Shown here piece after piece: positions 16,055 through 24,016 of a stretch of DNA of 32,000 nt. The position numbers and the translations under genes were made by a program. The stretch comes from Candidatus Saccharimonadota bacterium. GTDB lineage: Bacteria; Patescibacteriota; Patescibacteriia; 2-12-FULL-60-25. The notes under the pieces are model-generated. The model searched no databases and had not been told where the DNA came from. It saw nothing but the letters and a program-made list of their open reading frames with translations. Location of the stretch: positions 960,001 to 992,000 of the forward strand of contig CP060222.1 of the NCBI GenBank assembly GCA_023898425.1, given 5' to 3'. Each line of letters starts with the position of its first letter. Position 1 is the stretch's first letter.

Positions 16055-16624
16055 ATGAAGGATAAGGACGCGCTCGTAGAGGCATCAATCGCTCGTGTGA
16101 CGAAACACATGAGCTTGTTCAACGAAGCACTACAAAGCGACATTAAGTTGATCATTCAGCATGCACGAAAGGTTGCTGATGAGCCCGATTTGATCGCGCT
16201 TAGGGCGTTGGCTTTTGATGAGGTGATCGAGCAGATCCATAAGCTCAAGGCTTCGGACAGCGACAACGATAAGTCGAATAGTCCCAAAAAGACTGGGCGA
16301 CGCCGTCGATCCATCGGTGACATTGATGTCACCGAGGAGGCGAAAGACGATATGCGTCTTCGATTGCTCGAAGCACGTCTCGAAAGCGATGAGGCTTACG
16401 AACGTGAATCCAAGAAGGTGATTAAGGAGCTCGGCATGCAAAATTGCCGTAACCGCAATCGCACCCTTGGTGGGCTAGCTGCACATTCGCAGGGCAAGTA
16501 CCGCGATCAATTTATTCGTCGGTATTTGGCGCGTATCGACGATGATTCTCGCGAGCAGGCGATTATCCGCCTCGCACGCGCCTGCAGTCTCCAAGATGGG
16601 GAGATTCTGAACATCATTGGGTAG
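16055..16624 (+). CDS. hypothetical protein
   Basis: 189-aa charged ORF with a basic patch KKTGRRRRS. It has its own terminator. No family recognised. Confidence 0.6.
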   Translation: MKDKDALVEASIARVTKHMSLFNEALQSDIKLIIQHARKVADEPDLIALRALAFDEVIEQIHKLKASDSDNDKSNSPKKTGRRRRSIGDIDVTEEAKDDMRLRLLEARLESDEAYERESKKVIKELGMQNCRNRNRTLGGLAAHSQGKYRDQFIRRYLARIDDDSREQAIIRLARACSLQDGEILNIIG

Positions 16625-16658
16625 CGTTTAAGGCGCACTCAAACAACATTACTGAATG

Positions 16659-16682
16659 AACCAGGCATCTGTCTGGTTTTTT
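16659..16682 (+). terminator. rho-independent terminator
   Basis: aaccag-gcatctgt-ctggtttttt. Confidence 0.65.
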
Positions 16683-16773
16683 CGTATCTGACAATATGAG
16701 GGTTGACATTTGTAATAAAATGTGGTGTTCTGTGCACCTGTCAACACTCTCGTTGATAGAAAGGATCTTTACG

Positions 16774-18120
16774 ATGGCTGAAATTGTTCATACTCACGAA
16801 TATCGTCATATCCGTGACAACTATTTTGTTCATCCTAAGTTTATTGTAGCCGTACAAAAGCTACAAAAAGCTTTGGTGAGAGATGCCTGGATCGAAGGTA
16901 ACCTAAGGGTCCTCGCAGGAATCCTTAGTAGTAAGGATAAGTTCTTTGACAAGATTGCCCGTTGTGCAGACTTCGAAAGACTGTTTTTTGCTACTGGAAT
17001 TCTAGTACATTGCAAGGAAGAAAAGCGATATTACTTTGATCAGCAAATCGCTGACGAATTGGTAGAGCTTGCAAGGAACGATGAGCGACTTCCGGTATAC
17101 ACTGGGGATCATGAGACGCATCTCGCTTCTCTAAAAGCTCAAGCCGAAGAGAGAGCTGCGACATCCAATGTTCGAGAGTCCATTCTCCGGCTTGTAGAAA
17201 ACTCAAGTGACGACGACCTTCTTGTCGAGGAGGATGATCGTACTGACGTTTATCGGGTAGGTGATCACTCAGCGACTAAACAGAAAGATGAACGAAGCAT
17301 GCATCAATCTACTCTAGAGGATGCTATTGGTGCTATCGAACTCATTGAGAACGAAGGCTCGCACAAGAATCTCTACATGGTGGATGAAGATCTCTTTATT
17401 GTTATCAAGCATGCGCTCATCCAAATGCGTGATGATGAACATTCGCTTGAGACAATCGCTCAAGAAAATGAGCTGAGATTGCAAGGGGCTGTTCGAGAGA
17501 ATGGTGAACTGCAGCAAGAGCTGCTGGCGGTTCGAGCGTTGCTCGAGTCTGCTAGCGCGAAAGAGGCCTCTCTCGTAAAAGCCCATGAAGCAGCTCTCCT
17601 GGAGCTAGGTAAACGAAAAGCCGAAGAGACAAAGTCAGCTGAGGCTATCATTAAAGAGCTTCAATCTTTACCGGCTATCATTCAGCGCGCGATTGAATCG
17701 ATCACACCGGCACTAGCTCAGCAGGAACAGGTAGTCCATGCTCCTATGGTAGCTTTGCCTGAATCGTCGTCTACTCGCGATCTTCTGAAGAAGAAGTTGA
17801 GCGAAGTACAAGCAGAGCATAGCGTGCTCGAAGCGCAGTTTTCGCAAGGATCTGAGCTCGTTCAGCAACTAGCGGATGAGGTCGAAGATTACAGTATGAG
17901 CATGCAAAGAGATTTTTCACTCGCTCCCGAGCAAGTAACAGAAAAGCACCTTAAAGAAAACGCAACGCTACGTAACCTTTATACGGAGTGGAAGCGTAGT
18001 TATGAGAAAATCGACCTCCAAAGGTCGACTCTCAAACTTTCGACACTTGAAGAAAAGATCTCCGAATCCAATCTTCTTATCAGGTCATTACAAACTTTGC
18101 TGAAGAGCAATATCTTGTAG
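16774..18120 (+). CDS. hypothetical coiled-coil protein
   Basis: ATG at 16774 is preceded by AAAGGA 8 nt upstream. The C-terminal ~250 aa has long heptad-like E/L/Q/A-rich stretches. No family recognised. Confidence 0.65.
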   Translation: MAEIVHTHEYRHIRDNYFVHPKFIVAVQKLQKALVRDAWIEGNLRVLAGILSSKDKFFDKIARCADFERLFFATGILVHCKEEKRYYFDQQIADELVELARNDERLPVYTGDHETHLASLKAQAEERAATSNVRESILRLVENSSDDDLLVEEDDRTDVYRVGDHSATKQKDERSMHQSTLEDAIGAIELIENEGSHKNLYMVDEDLFIVIKHALIQMRDDEHSLETIAQENELRLQGAVRENGELQQELLAVRALLESASAKEASLVKAHEAALLELGKRKAEETKSAEAIIKELQSLPAIIQRAIESITPALAQQEQVVHAPMVALPESSSTRDLLKKKLSEVQAEHSVLEAQFSQGSELVQQLADEVEDYSMSMQRDFSLAPEQVTEKHLKENATLRNLYTEWKRSYEKIDLQRSTLKLSTLEEKISESNLLIRSLQTLLKSNIL

Positions 18121-18145
18121 CCTAAAAGGCTATTGAAAACGAAAA

Positions 18146-18180
18146 CCCCCGAGAGCAGACTGCTTTCGGGGGATTTTTTT
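18146..18180. terminator. bidirectional rho-independent terminator
   Basis: aaaaCCCCCGAgagcagactgctTTCGGGGGattttttt lies between convergent genes. Confidence 0.7.
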
Positions 18181-18339
18181 GTATAGTGAGGGTTAGTGGT
18201 TTCCTACCCTCGCGCGCAATTGAGAGGCGTGCTTTTGACGCTTCAATGCATGATCAGGATATTCGTGCTCAGCAATGAGCTCGATAAAGCGCAAGAACAT
18301 ATGTTCGCGCTGCGAAGGGCCCTTGAGCTTTTTTAGAGC

Positions 18340-19773
18340 TCATAATCGGGGATTAAATTGCAGACGACGAACATCTTCGCCTACAGAGAGGACTCCAAAG
18401 ACATCTTTGTCAGATGGTCTTGGCGTCATCACGATGAGATAATCATGATCACCAATGTGCACAGCATAGCCTCTTCGCTTAGGCTTTTCTGTGGTTGGGG
18501 ATCTCGGGCCACTTGGCTTATCGCCCCTTGGAGGGCGAGGCGTTGGGTTATTATTGGTCGAACCCGTCGGTTGGTTATTGGTCGCTCCAAAGGGTTCGTC
18601 ACCTTCACCAAACTGGTAGATCGGCGCCCCAAAAGCATTGGTAAATGCTTGGACCATCTCTTGGATGCACTTATTGATGGGATCGCGTGACTTGAATTCA
18701 TCCGCGTCTCCAAGAATCTTTGATGCATAGGACACCAGATGGAGTCGAAGTTGATCGACGATCTTTGTCCAAGCCTTACTGCGCAGATAGGACGAGTTTA
18801 GATTACCTCGACTCGTATCTTGTTGTTGCAGGATGCCTGGAATCATGATGTCGCCCTTAAGTAGCGGGCTATTGAGCGGATACGGGAGAAAAGCCGGATT
18901 GAGCTTCGTTGCAAGCGAACATCTCAGGCCAGTCTCAGCATCGCAGAGCCAAATTCCAGACTCAATGCTGCCTGCATCGAGGTTTCTGTCGAGATAAGCG
19001 GTAATACCATTACCGGCATTAAACGCATGTTTCGCGAGAGCAGGTGGCGTGACCTTTTGGTTGTTCACCGTCAGGTTTACGGACTTGCTAGCATCACGAG
19101 GGACACGCCATTTTAGCGCGTCGTAAAGCTCTTCGTTGCTTTCAACAACGGTATTCGGGATGACGAACATGCTGAATGTTCCCTTGATCCCAACAAAGGG
19201 TCCAAGCTCTGAAGCATTCGGCTTGATGGTTTTTTCCTCTACTTTGCCTTCGCATAGACTTGCTGCGGAGAGCGTAACCATGGTTACGTTGCCCGTTGGC
19301 GTCGTCCGTGTGAAGAGAAAGATGGGTGCATCAAATACGTCATCACGATAGGAAGCGCTCAGCGGAAAAAGTGCCAAGCGACCAAGTCGCTTTTGGCTTG
19401 CTCCAGCGTTGTTGCCAGCGTTATTGCTTCCGCTGCCGAGTTCGTAGAAACGTTGGATATTGTTCTTGGTAAACCCACAGCCATAGTCGAGCACAATGAG
19501 CGCTCGTTCAGCACGGCAAAGTGGGTGACCAGTCATAACCCGTGTTTCGACATTGGTGGACTTTGGTGCCCACTTGTGAGGATCAGGCATACAGGCAACA
19601 AGCCCATTGCGGACAATCTCCCATACAAGGAGCGAAGTGTCCTCATAAAGACTTCTCCCTAGGTGCTCGGTAAGTAATCTAGGATTAGTCTTTAGAGTCA
19701 TTCCACCCCAGAGACCACTCACTTGGCTTTTACTCTTCATCGAGGTACTCCTAGTTGTTTGTTGTTTTGCCAT
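18340..19773 (-). CDS. divergent GHKL (MORC/HATPase_c_3-like) ATPase-fold protein with an N/P/G-rich linker and a small C-terminal module
   Basis: Motifs occur in Bergerat-fold order: WEIVRNGLVA (ExxxN), LIVLDYGCGF (DxGxG), and ELGSGSN...QKRLGRLALFPLS (like GxSxK...IGxFGxGxxS, with the glycines degraded). The ATG overlaps the upstream stop (TGATG). Confidence 0.5.
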   Translation of the reverse strand: MAKQQTTRSTSMKSKSQVSGLWGGMTLKTNPRLLTEHLGRSLYEDTSLLVWEIVRNGLVACMPDPHKWAPKSTNVETRVMTGHPLCRAERALIVLDYGCGFTKNNIQRFYELGSGSNNAGNNAGASQKRLGRLALFPLSASYRDDVFDAPIFLFTRTTPTGNVTMVTLSAASLCEGKVEEKTIKPNASELGPFVGIKGTFSMFVIPNTVVESNEELYDALKWRVPRDASKSVNLTVNNQKVTPPALAKHAFNAGNGITAYLDRNLDAGSIESGIWLCDAETGLRCSLATKLNPAFLPYPLNSPLLKGDIMIPGILQQQDTSRGNLNSSYLRSKAWTKIVDQLRLHLVSYASKILGDADEFKSRDPINKCIQEMVQAFTNAFGAPIYQFGEGDEPFGATNNQPTGSTNNNPTPRPPRGDKPSGPRSPTTEKPKRRGYAVHIGDHDYLIVMTPRPSDKDVFGVLSVGEDVRRLQFNPRL

Positions 19774-20816
19774 CAGTTACGACCCGAAAGACTGTGCATC
19801 GCTTCTGTCGTCAGAGGACGACCTTCGATGATCTCGTCTTCTCGCTTTCCTTGGAGTGCTATACGCTTTAGGAGTTGTGCCGCATTGAGCGCCTTGATTT
19901 GAAGTTCGTGTGGAAAAACGAATCCTTTGCCTGCGGCTTCAAACATACGTGCGCCACTTTGCACGATAGAAATCGCGGTATAAGCAATGTCTTCAGCATT
20001 GATCGATTGTAAGAGCACTTCTGTTGCTTCTGTGTGCGAGGGCTCGTCACAAGTTCCAACAGGTAGAGACACCGGTTGTCCAAGCGCCTCGATTTTATTG
20101 AGAATCTCTTGGCAATTCTCTATCGACATTCTCGTTTTGTAGGGATTGGTTACAGCATTTTGTAATGCTGAGCGTGAAACTCCAATCCTTTCGGCGAGAC
20201 TCGTCATTGTGCCATCGTGATTTTTTTTGATGGCAGACAAGATGTTATCACTCAGGATTTTGAACAACCCGATCTTTGCTTTTCTTTGAGCGTCGATTTC
20301 CTCCTTGAGGGTGAGCTCATTGCAAAGGATGTTCAGAATGCTTTCAGAGAAAGAGGCTTCATCAAGCTTCAAGATGTCTTCTTTATGGCTATTCAGAATG
20401 CCGTTGATGACGGCTTCGTGTTCGCCGAAAGCTTTTGCAAATAGCTCAGCGGTGTCATCAGGAGCTAGTCGAAGCTTGTAGTCATGTAGATCAAAGTAAA
20501 GCGTTGCCGCATCCTTTGAAATGATGACAATAAAGATCTGACGATCAGAAAGTGTCTGTGCAAGACGGACATAGTTCTGAAAAAACGGATCTTCTGTTGT
20601 GTAGCCAAGATAGCTAAAGACCGCTGTGAGTGTGCTGACTGCACGAGGCACACGCCGATCTTGAATAATTGTTCGCAAGACAGACCGCAGTGTGTCATTA
20701 CTGGTTCTTGCTGGCAGGCCTTCTTGTTCGACCTTTTTGGAGATCTCGCTATGTAGCCGTTTGTAGAGTGGCTGCAGCTCAAAAACCGTTTGCTTGAGTT
20801 CGGATTGTTGACCCAT
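19773..20816 (-). CDS. hypothetical HTH-containing protein, translationally coupled to the GHKL-like gene
   Basis: XRE-like helix-turn-helix MTSLAERIGVSRSALQNAVTN in the middle of a 347-aa ORF. GAGG Shine-Dalgarno before the ATG at 20816. The stop shares nt 19773 with the next start. Confidence 0.55.
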   Translation of the reverse strand: MGQQSELKQTVFELQPLYKRLHSEISKKVEQEGLPARTSNDTLRSVLRTIIQDRRVPRAVSTLTAVFSYLGYTTEDPFFQNYVRLAQTLSDRQIFIVIISKDAATLYFDLHDYKLRLAPDDTAELFAKAFGEHEAVINGILNSHKEDILKLDEASFSESILNILCNELTLKEEIDAQRKAKIGLFKILSDNILSAIKKNHDGTMTSLAERIGVSRSALQNAVTNPYKTRMSIENCQEILNKIEALGQPVSLPVGTCDEPSHTEATEVLLQSINAEDIAYTAISIVQSGARMFEAAGKGFVFPHELQIKALNAAQLLKRIALQGKREDEIIEGRPLTTEAMHSLSGRN

Positions 20817-20890
20817 GATTACCTCATAGATTGTGAAGGAGCATTCATCTCCTTAGCGACGTGCTTCGGAGCGCAAAACATACATATTTT

Positions 20891-20935
20891 AATACCTTTT
20901 GTCAACAGTTGTAAGGTATTTGATTGACATATAAT
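20891..20935. promoter_or_regulatory. palindromic operator candidate overlapping divergent promoters
   Basis: AATACCTTttgtCAACaGTTGtAAGGTATT at 20891-20920 (8+4 bp arms). TATAAT at 20930-20935 for the + gene. On the minus strand, TTGACA (rc of 20899-20904), 17-nt spacer, TATGTT. Confidence 0.45.
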
Positions 20936-20980
20936 TCATTATGTGCGAAGAATCGTCTAGGACCTTACAGGAGCTAGAAA

Positions 20981-22021
20981 ATGACACAAAGTCTTAAAAA
21001 GCACTTCCTTGAGCTGCTGTTGACCGAGCTAACCAAGATGGTATCTCTAAAAGAGGCAAAAATTGCTAGTTTGGCTGGATCAGGGATAGAGGCTCGTTTG
21101 TGGCGAGAAAAAGGTGTGCCAGCGCAAAATGCTTGGCTCATCGATAGCAACCCAGCTGTTATACGGACGATGCTAAAAAAGCAAAACCAACACCCCTACC
21201 ATCTCTATCGTGGTATGGCATATACCTTTCCGGCAGTTTTGTATGCGCATGAAGGTGAGGCTGCGTCTTTAGACCTTTTTCATCTGGATTTGTACGGAGG
21301 GGTTGAGAAATCGCTTCGTGATGTAGCAAGTCTCGTGCCGCTTGTAGCAAGAAGTCGTGCAAAGCTCTTTGCTTTGACGGTTTCGGATCAACGATCGCAT
21401 CATGCTACGCTTAATGCTGGAGGGCTTTGGCGTTTTATTAATGAAGTGTATGGTAAGCGCTCGTTAGAAATTCTCCAGTCTATTACGCAAAGCCATTTTG
21501 AATCTGTTGCTGCTCAACATGCAATGATCGATCCTTTTTCTTCGGTAAGACGAGAAGGAGCGACGCTTCTTGCCTGGTTTTGTTCGCAGCTTGGCGTTGA
21601 GCAGGGGTTTGAGAAAGAAACGAAGGATATCTATTCTTTGTTGGCAAAGTATATTCGAAAGGCAAGGCAAGATAAACGACTTCTCTATCCTGTCACTTCT
21701 ATTGAGCGTGTAAGTTATGCAGACGGGCAGAGAATGAAGTCGTATATCATTAGACTCGACTCGACTCCTGTTTTGCTTGATCAAGCGCTTGAACAGTTTA
21801 CCCAGGCTTGGGTACAATCCCCATTAACGTTTTTAGATCGTGATGGGATAGCGGTTCGTAGTAATCGCACCTTGCAAAAAACGGCTCAATCTTCTCCTGT
21901 GTTACAAGACATTGTTGAGATTCAAGGTGAGTTAGATCGTCTAGATGAATTGTCAAAAATGTTGGCTCCAGGACTACAGAAAGATTTGCGAAAAATCCTC
22001 TCGCTTATTCGTCAAAAATAA
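20981..22021 (+). CDS. class-I SAM-methyltransferase-fold protein (Trm1/TcmP-like motif IV variant), function unknown
   Basis: Motif I-like IASLAGSGIEA, acidic beta2 end AWLIDSNPAV, and motif IV-like LDLFHLDLYGG (compare D-x-D-P-F/Y-G). AGGAG Shine-Dalgarno 8 nt upstream of the ATG. Confidence 0.4.
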   Translation: MTQSLKKHFLELLLTELTKMVSLKEAKIASLAGSGIEARLWREKGVPAQNAWLIDSNPAVIRTMLKKQNQHPYHLYRGMAYTFPAVLYAHEGEAASLDLFHLDLYGGVEKSLRDVASLVPLVARSRAKLFALTVSDQRSHHATLNAGGLWRFINEVYGKRSLEILQSITQSHFESVAAQHAMIDPFSSVRREGATLLAWFCSQLGVEQGFEKETKDIYSLLAKYIRKARQDKRLLYPVTSIERVSYADGQRMKSYIIRLDSTPVLLDQALEQFTQAWVQSPLTFLDRDGIAVRSNRTLQKTAQSSPVLQDIVEIQGELDRLDELSKMLAPGLQKDLRKILSLIRQK

Positions 22022-22045
22022 AACCCTCGGAATATTCCGAGGGTT
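22022..22045. terminator. bidirectional hairpin terminator
   Basis: aaccctcgg-aatatt-ccgagggtt lies between the convergent stops at 22021 and 22049. Confidence 0.65.
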
Positions 22046-22048
22046 CAT

Positions 22049-22888
22049 TTATTTCTTTTTTGCTTTTGGTTTTTGTGGAGGTGTCGAAGGTTTTTTATTT
22101 TCTTCTGCTTTTGGCGTTGCTTTTGCAGCCGGAGCTTGTTTATTGCTTACAAAATGTGGGCTTTGATTTGCGGGGGTAATAGCATGCAAGATCGCGTTTG
22201 AACGATTGAGATCTTTGTCTTTTACAGGTTGTAATGGAAGAGGGCGAAAATCTTGTTTTGGTTCAGCGATGACTTGAATGACAGGTTTTGTTTCAAGTGT
22301 GACAACGGGCTTTGCTTCTGGAGCTTTTACTTCTTGCTTCGTCTCAGGTTTTTGTTCTTGTTTTGCTGGTTCATTTTTTGCCTTACCACGATAGCCGATA
22401 AGAACCGCGCCTGGATCTTCTGAAAGATTGGTAAATTCGTTTACGCGTTCTTTGAGTGTGGCATTGGTAGATTCACCAAAAGCGACACACTCACAAGCAA
22501 CGCCATGTGTCTGTAGATATTCTACGAGTGGCACAAAATCACCATCACCTGTAACGAGAACGATCGCATCAACGCGTGGAGCGAGGGCGACGGCATCAAT
22601 AGCCATACCAACATCCCAGTCGGCTTTTTTAGCGCCGCTCGAGAATTCTTGAACGTCTTTGATCTTTAATTCGATACCGATATTTTGAAGGGCTTCAAAA
22701 AAACTCGTTTCTTCGCCGCCTTTTGATTTGGCAACATAAGCAATAGAGCGAACCATTTGGCGTGGGCCAACAGCGGCATCAATGAGAGCGCCAAAGTTTA
22801 CCTTGGCATTATAAATATTTTTCGCACTGTGATACATATTTTGTGTATCAATCAAAACAGCGACACGTTGGTCGGGGCGTTTAAGCAT
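22049..22888 (-). CDS. NYN-domain (LabA-like) protein with a K/P/A/E-rich C-terminal tail
   Basis: RVAVLIDTQNMYHSAK...DWDVGMAIDAV...DAIVLVTGDGDFVPLVEYLQ is typical of NYN/LabA ribonuclease-like domains. The tail ends PPQKPKAKKK. Confidence 0.8.
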   Translation of the reverse strand: MLKRPDQRVAVLIDTQNMYHSAKNIYNAKVNFGALIDAAVGPRQMVRSIAYVAKSKGGEETSFFEALQNIGIELKIKDVQEFSSGAKKADWDVGMAIDAVALAPRVDAIVLVTGDGDFVPLVEYLQTHGVACECVAFGESTNATLKERVNEFTNLSEDPGAVLIGYRGKAKNEPAKQEQKPETKQEVKAPEAKPVVTLETKPVIQVIAEPKQDFRPLPLQPVKDKDLNRSNAILHAITPANQSPHFVSNKQAPAAKATPKAEENKKPSTPPQKPKAKKK

Positions 22889-23036
22889 ATTTTTGGGTAT
22901 TCTTCAAAATGAAGAATAAGAGGTTAAAAAAAGTGTTTCGTTTATTAAAAAAGACACGATAACATAAATAATTATAGACTATAATACTAGAAAAGTCAAT
23001 GCCTGGATCGTGTTAGCATCTTGTATCTATGGATAC

Positions 23037-23060
23037 AAAAACCCCGCCAAAAGGCGGGGA
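23037..23060 (-). terminator. rho-independent terminator of rpsO
   Basis: On the minus strand, ccccgcc-tttt-ggcgggg followed by tttttg, 9 nt after the stop. Confidence 0.75.
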
Positions 23061-23068
23061 AAATGTTT

Positions 23069-23329
23069 TTAAACCTTGAGCTTAGCCATGAGTTCGTCGT
23101 AGCCAGCACTGTCTTCGCGCTTCAAGTATTTCATGAGGCGGCGACGTTCAGAAACCATTTTGATGAGACCACGGCGGGAGGAAAAATCTTTTTTGTGAGT
23201 CTTAAGATGGCCTGTAAGTTCTTTGACTTCTTCAGTGAGAATAGCGATCTGAACCTGTGGCGAACCGGTATCGGTTGCATGGGTTTTGAATTTTTCAATG
23301 ACCTTCTTCTTGTGATCTGCTGATAACAT
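23069..23329 (-). CDS. rpsO: 30S ribosomal protein S15
   Basis: MLSADHKKKVIEKFKTHATDTGSPQVQIAILTEEVKELTGHLKTHKKDFSSRRGLIKMVSERRRLMKYLKREDSAGYDELMAKL. The start is taken at the second Met (23329) by length comparison with S15; the maximal ORF extends to 23350. Confidence 0.9.
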   Translation of the reverse strand: MLSADHKKKVIEKFKTHATDTGSPQVQIAILTEEVKELTGHLKTHKKDFSSRRGLIKMVSERRRLMKYLKREDSAGYDELMAKLKV

Positions 23330-23550
23330 AGTCCCGTCGAAGCTCGTCACCTAGCCAGGATCCGTGAGAATCCATGGATATGTGGGAGATTCGGATGCGC
23401 GCGTCTAACAGATTTCTCCGGTAGAGCGTAATGAGTAAGTGGCCACAGGCTAACGCAAATCAATAAAATAAGCAAGTAGAGGACTGCCTTCGCTCCTACG
23501 AGCCCCCTACCCCCGGTAAACATATCTATTGGACATTTGGTATATGTTTG

Positions 23551-23581
23551 CCGACCCCTTCCCACCTTTGTGGAAGGGGTT
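23551..23581 (+). repeat. left 31-bp terminal inverted repeat (self-complementary hairpin)
   Basis: ccgaccccttcccacctttgtggaaggggtt is identical (31/31) to the reverse complement of 23986-24016. It folds as CCCCTTCC(C)AC-cttt-GTGGAAGGGG. Confidence 0.9.
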
Positions 23582-23627
23582 TTTGGTTATTGACAACAAC
23601 TACAAAAAAAGTGAACGGAGTAGGTAT

Positions 23628-23987
23628 ATGACTTTTACACGTATTTATAACAGCCCTGAATATAAGGACCGTAGGAGAGAGCTTAGAGCTACCATGACCG
23701 CTGCTGAACGCATGGTTTGGGAGCGTATTCGAGGATCTCAACTTGGTTGCCGCTTTCGACGTCAACATAGTATCGGTGATTATATCGTTGATTTTTATAG
23801 CCCCACTGCATGCTTGGTCATTGAAATTGATGGCTCTATTCATGAAAGCGAGCAACAGCAGAATCACGACACACTTAGAACCCTTTACCTTAAAAGCGTT
23901 GGGCATCATGTTCTAAGATTTACCAATAAAGAAGTCCAAGAGAACGTTGATCGCATTATTTCAGTTATCCGTAATTTCTGCCCATAA
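23628..23987 (+). CDS. DUF559 domain protein (Vsr-like endonuclease fold), copy 3
   Basis: MTFTRIYNSPEYKDRRRELRATMTAAERMVWERIRGSQLGCRFRRQHSIGDYIVDFYSPTACLVIEIDGSIHESEQQQNHDTLRTLYLKSVGHHVLRFTNKEV. GGAG RBS 8 nt upstream. The stop codon overlaps the first 2 nt of the right TIR. Confidence 0.9.
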   Translation: MTFTRIYNSPEYKDRRRELRATMTAAERMVWERIRGSQLGCRFRRQHSIGDYIVDFYSPTACLVIEIDGSIHESEQQQNHDTLRTLYLKSVGHHVLRFTNKEVQENVDRIISVIRNFCP

Positions 23988-24016
23988 CCCCTTCCACAAA
24001 GGTGGGAAGGGGTCGG
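23986..24016 (-). repeat. right 31-bp terminal inverted repeat
   Basis: aaccccttccacaaaggtgggaaggggtcgg is the exact reverse complement of 23551-23581. Confidence 0.9.

Noticed and set aside
23347-23909. Minus-strand ORFs 23347-23565 and 23526-23909 near the DUF559 cassette.
   Set aside because: They run through the inverted repeats and antisense to the well-conserved DUF559 ORF. They have no RBS and an implausible sequence.
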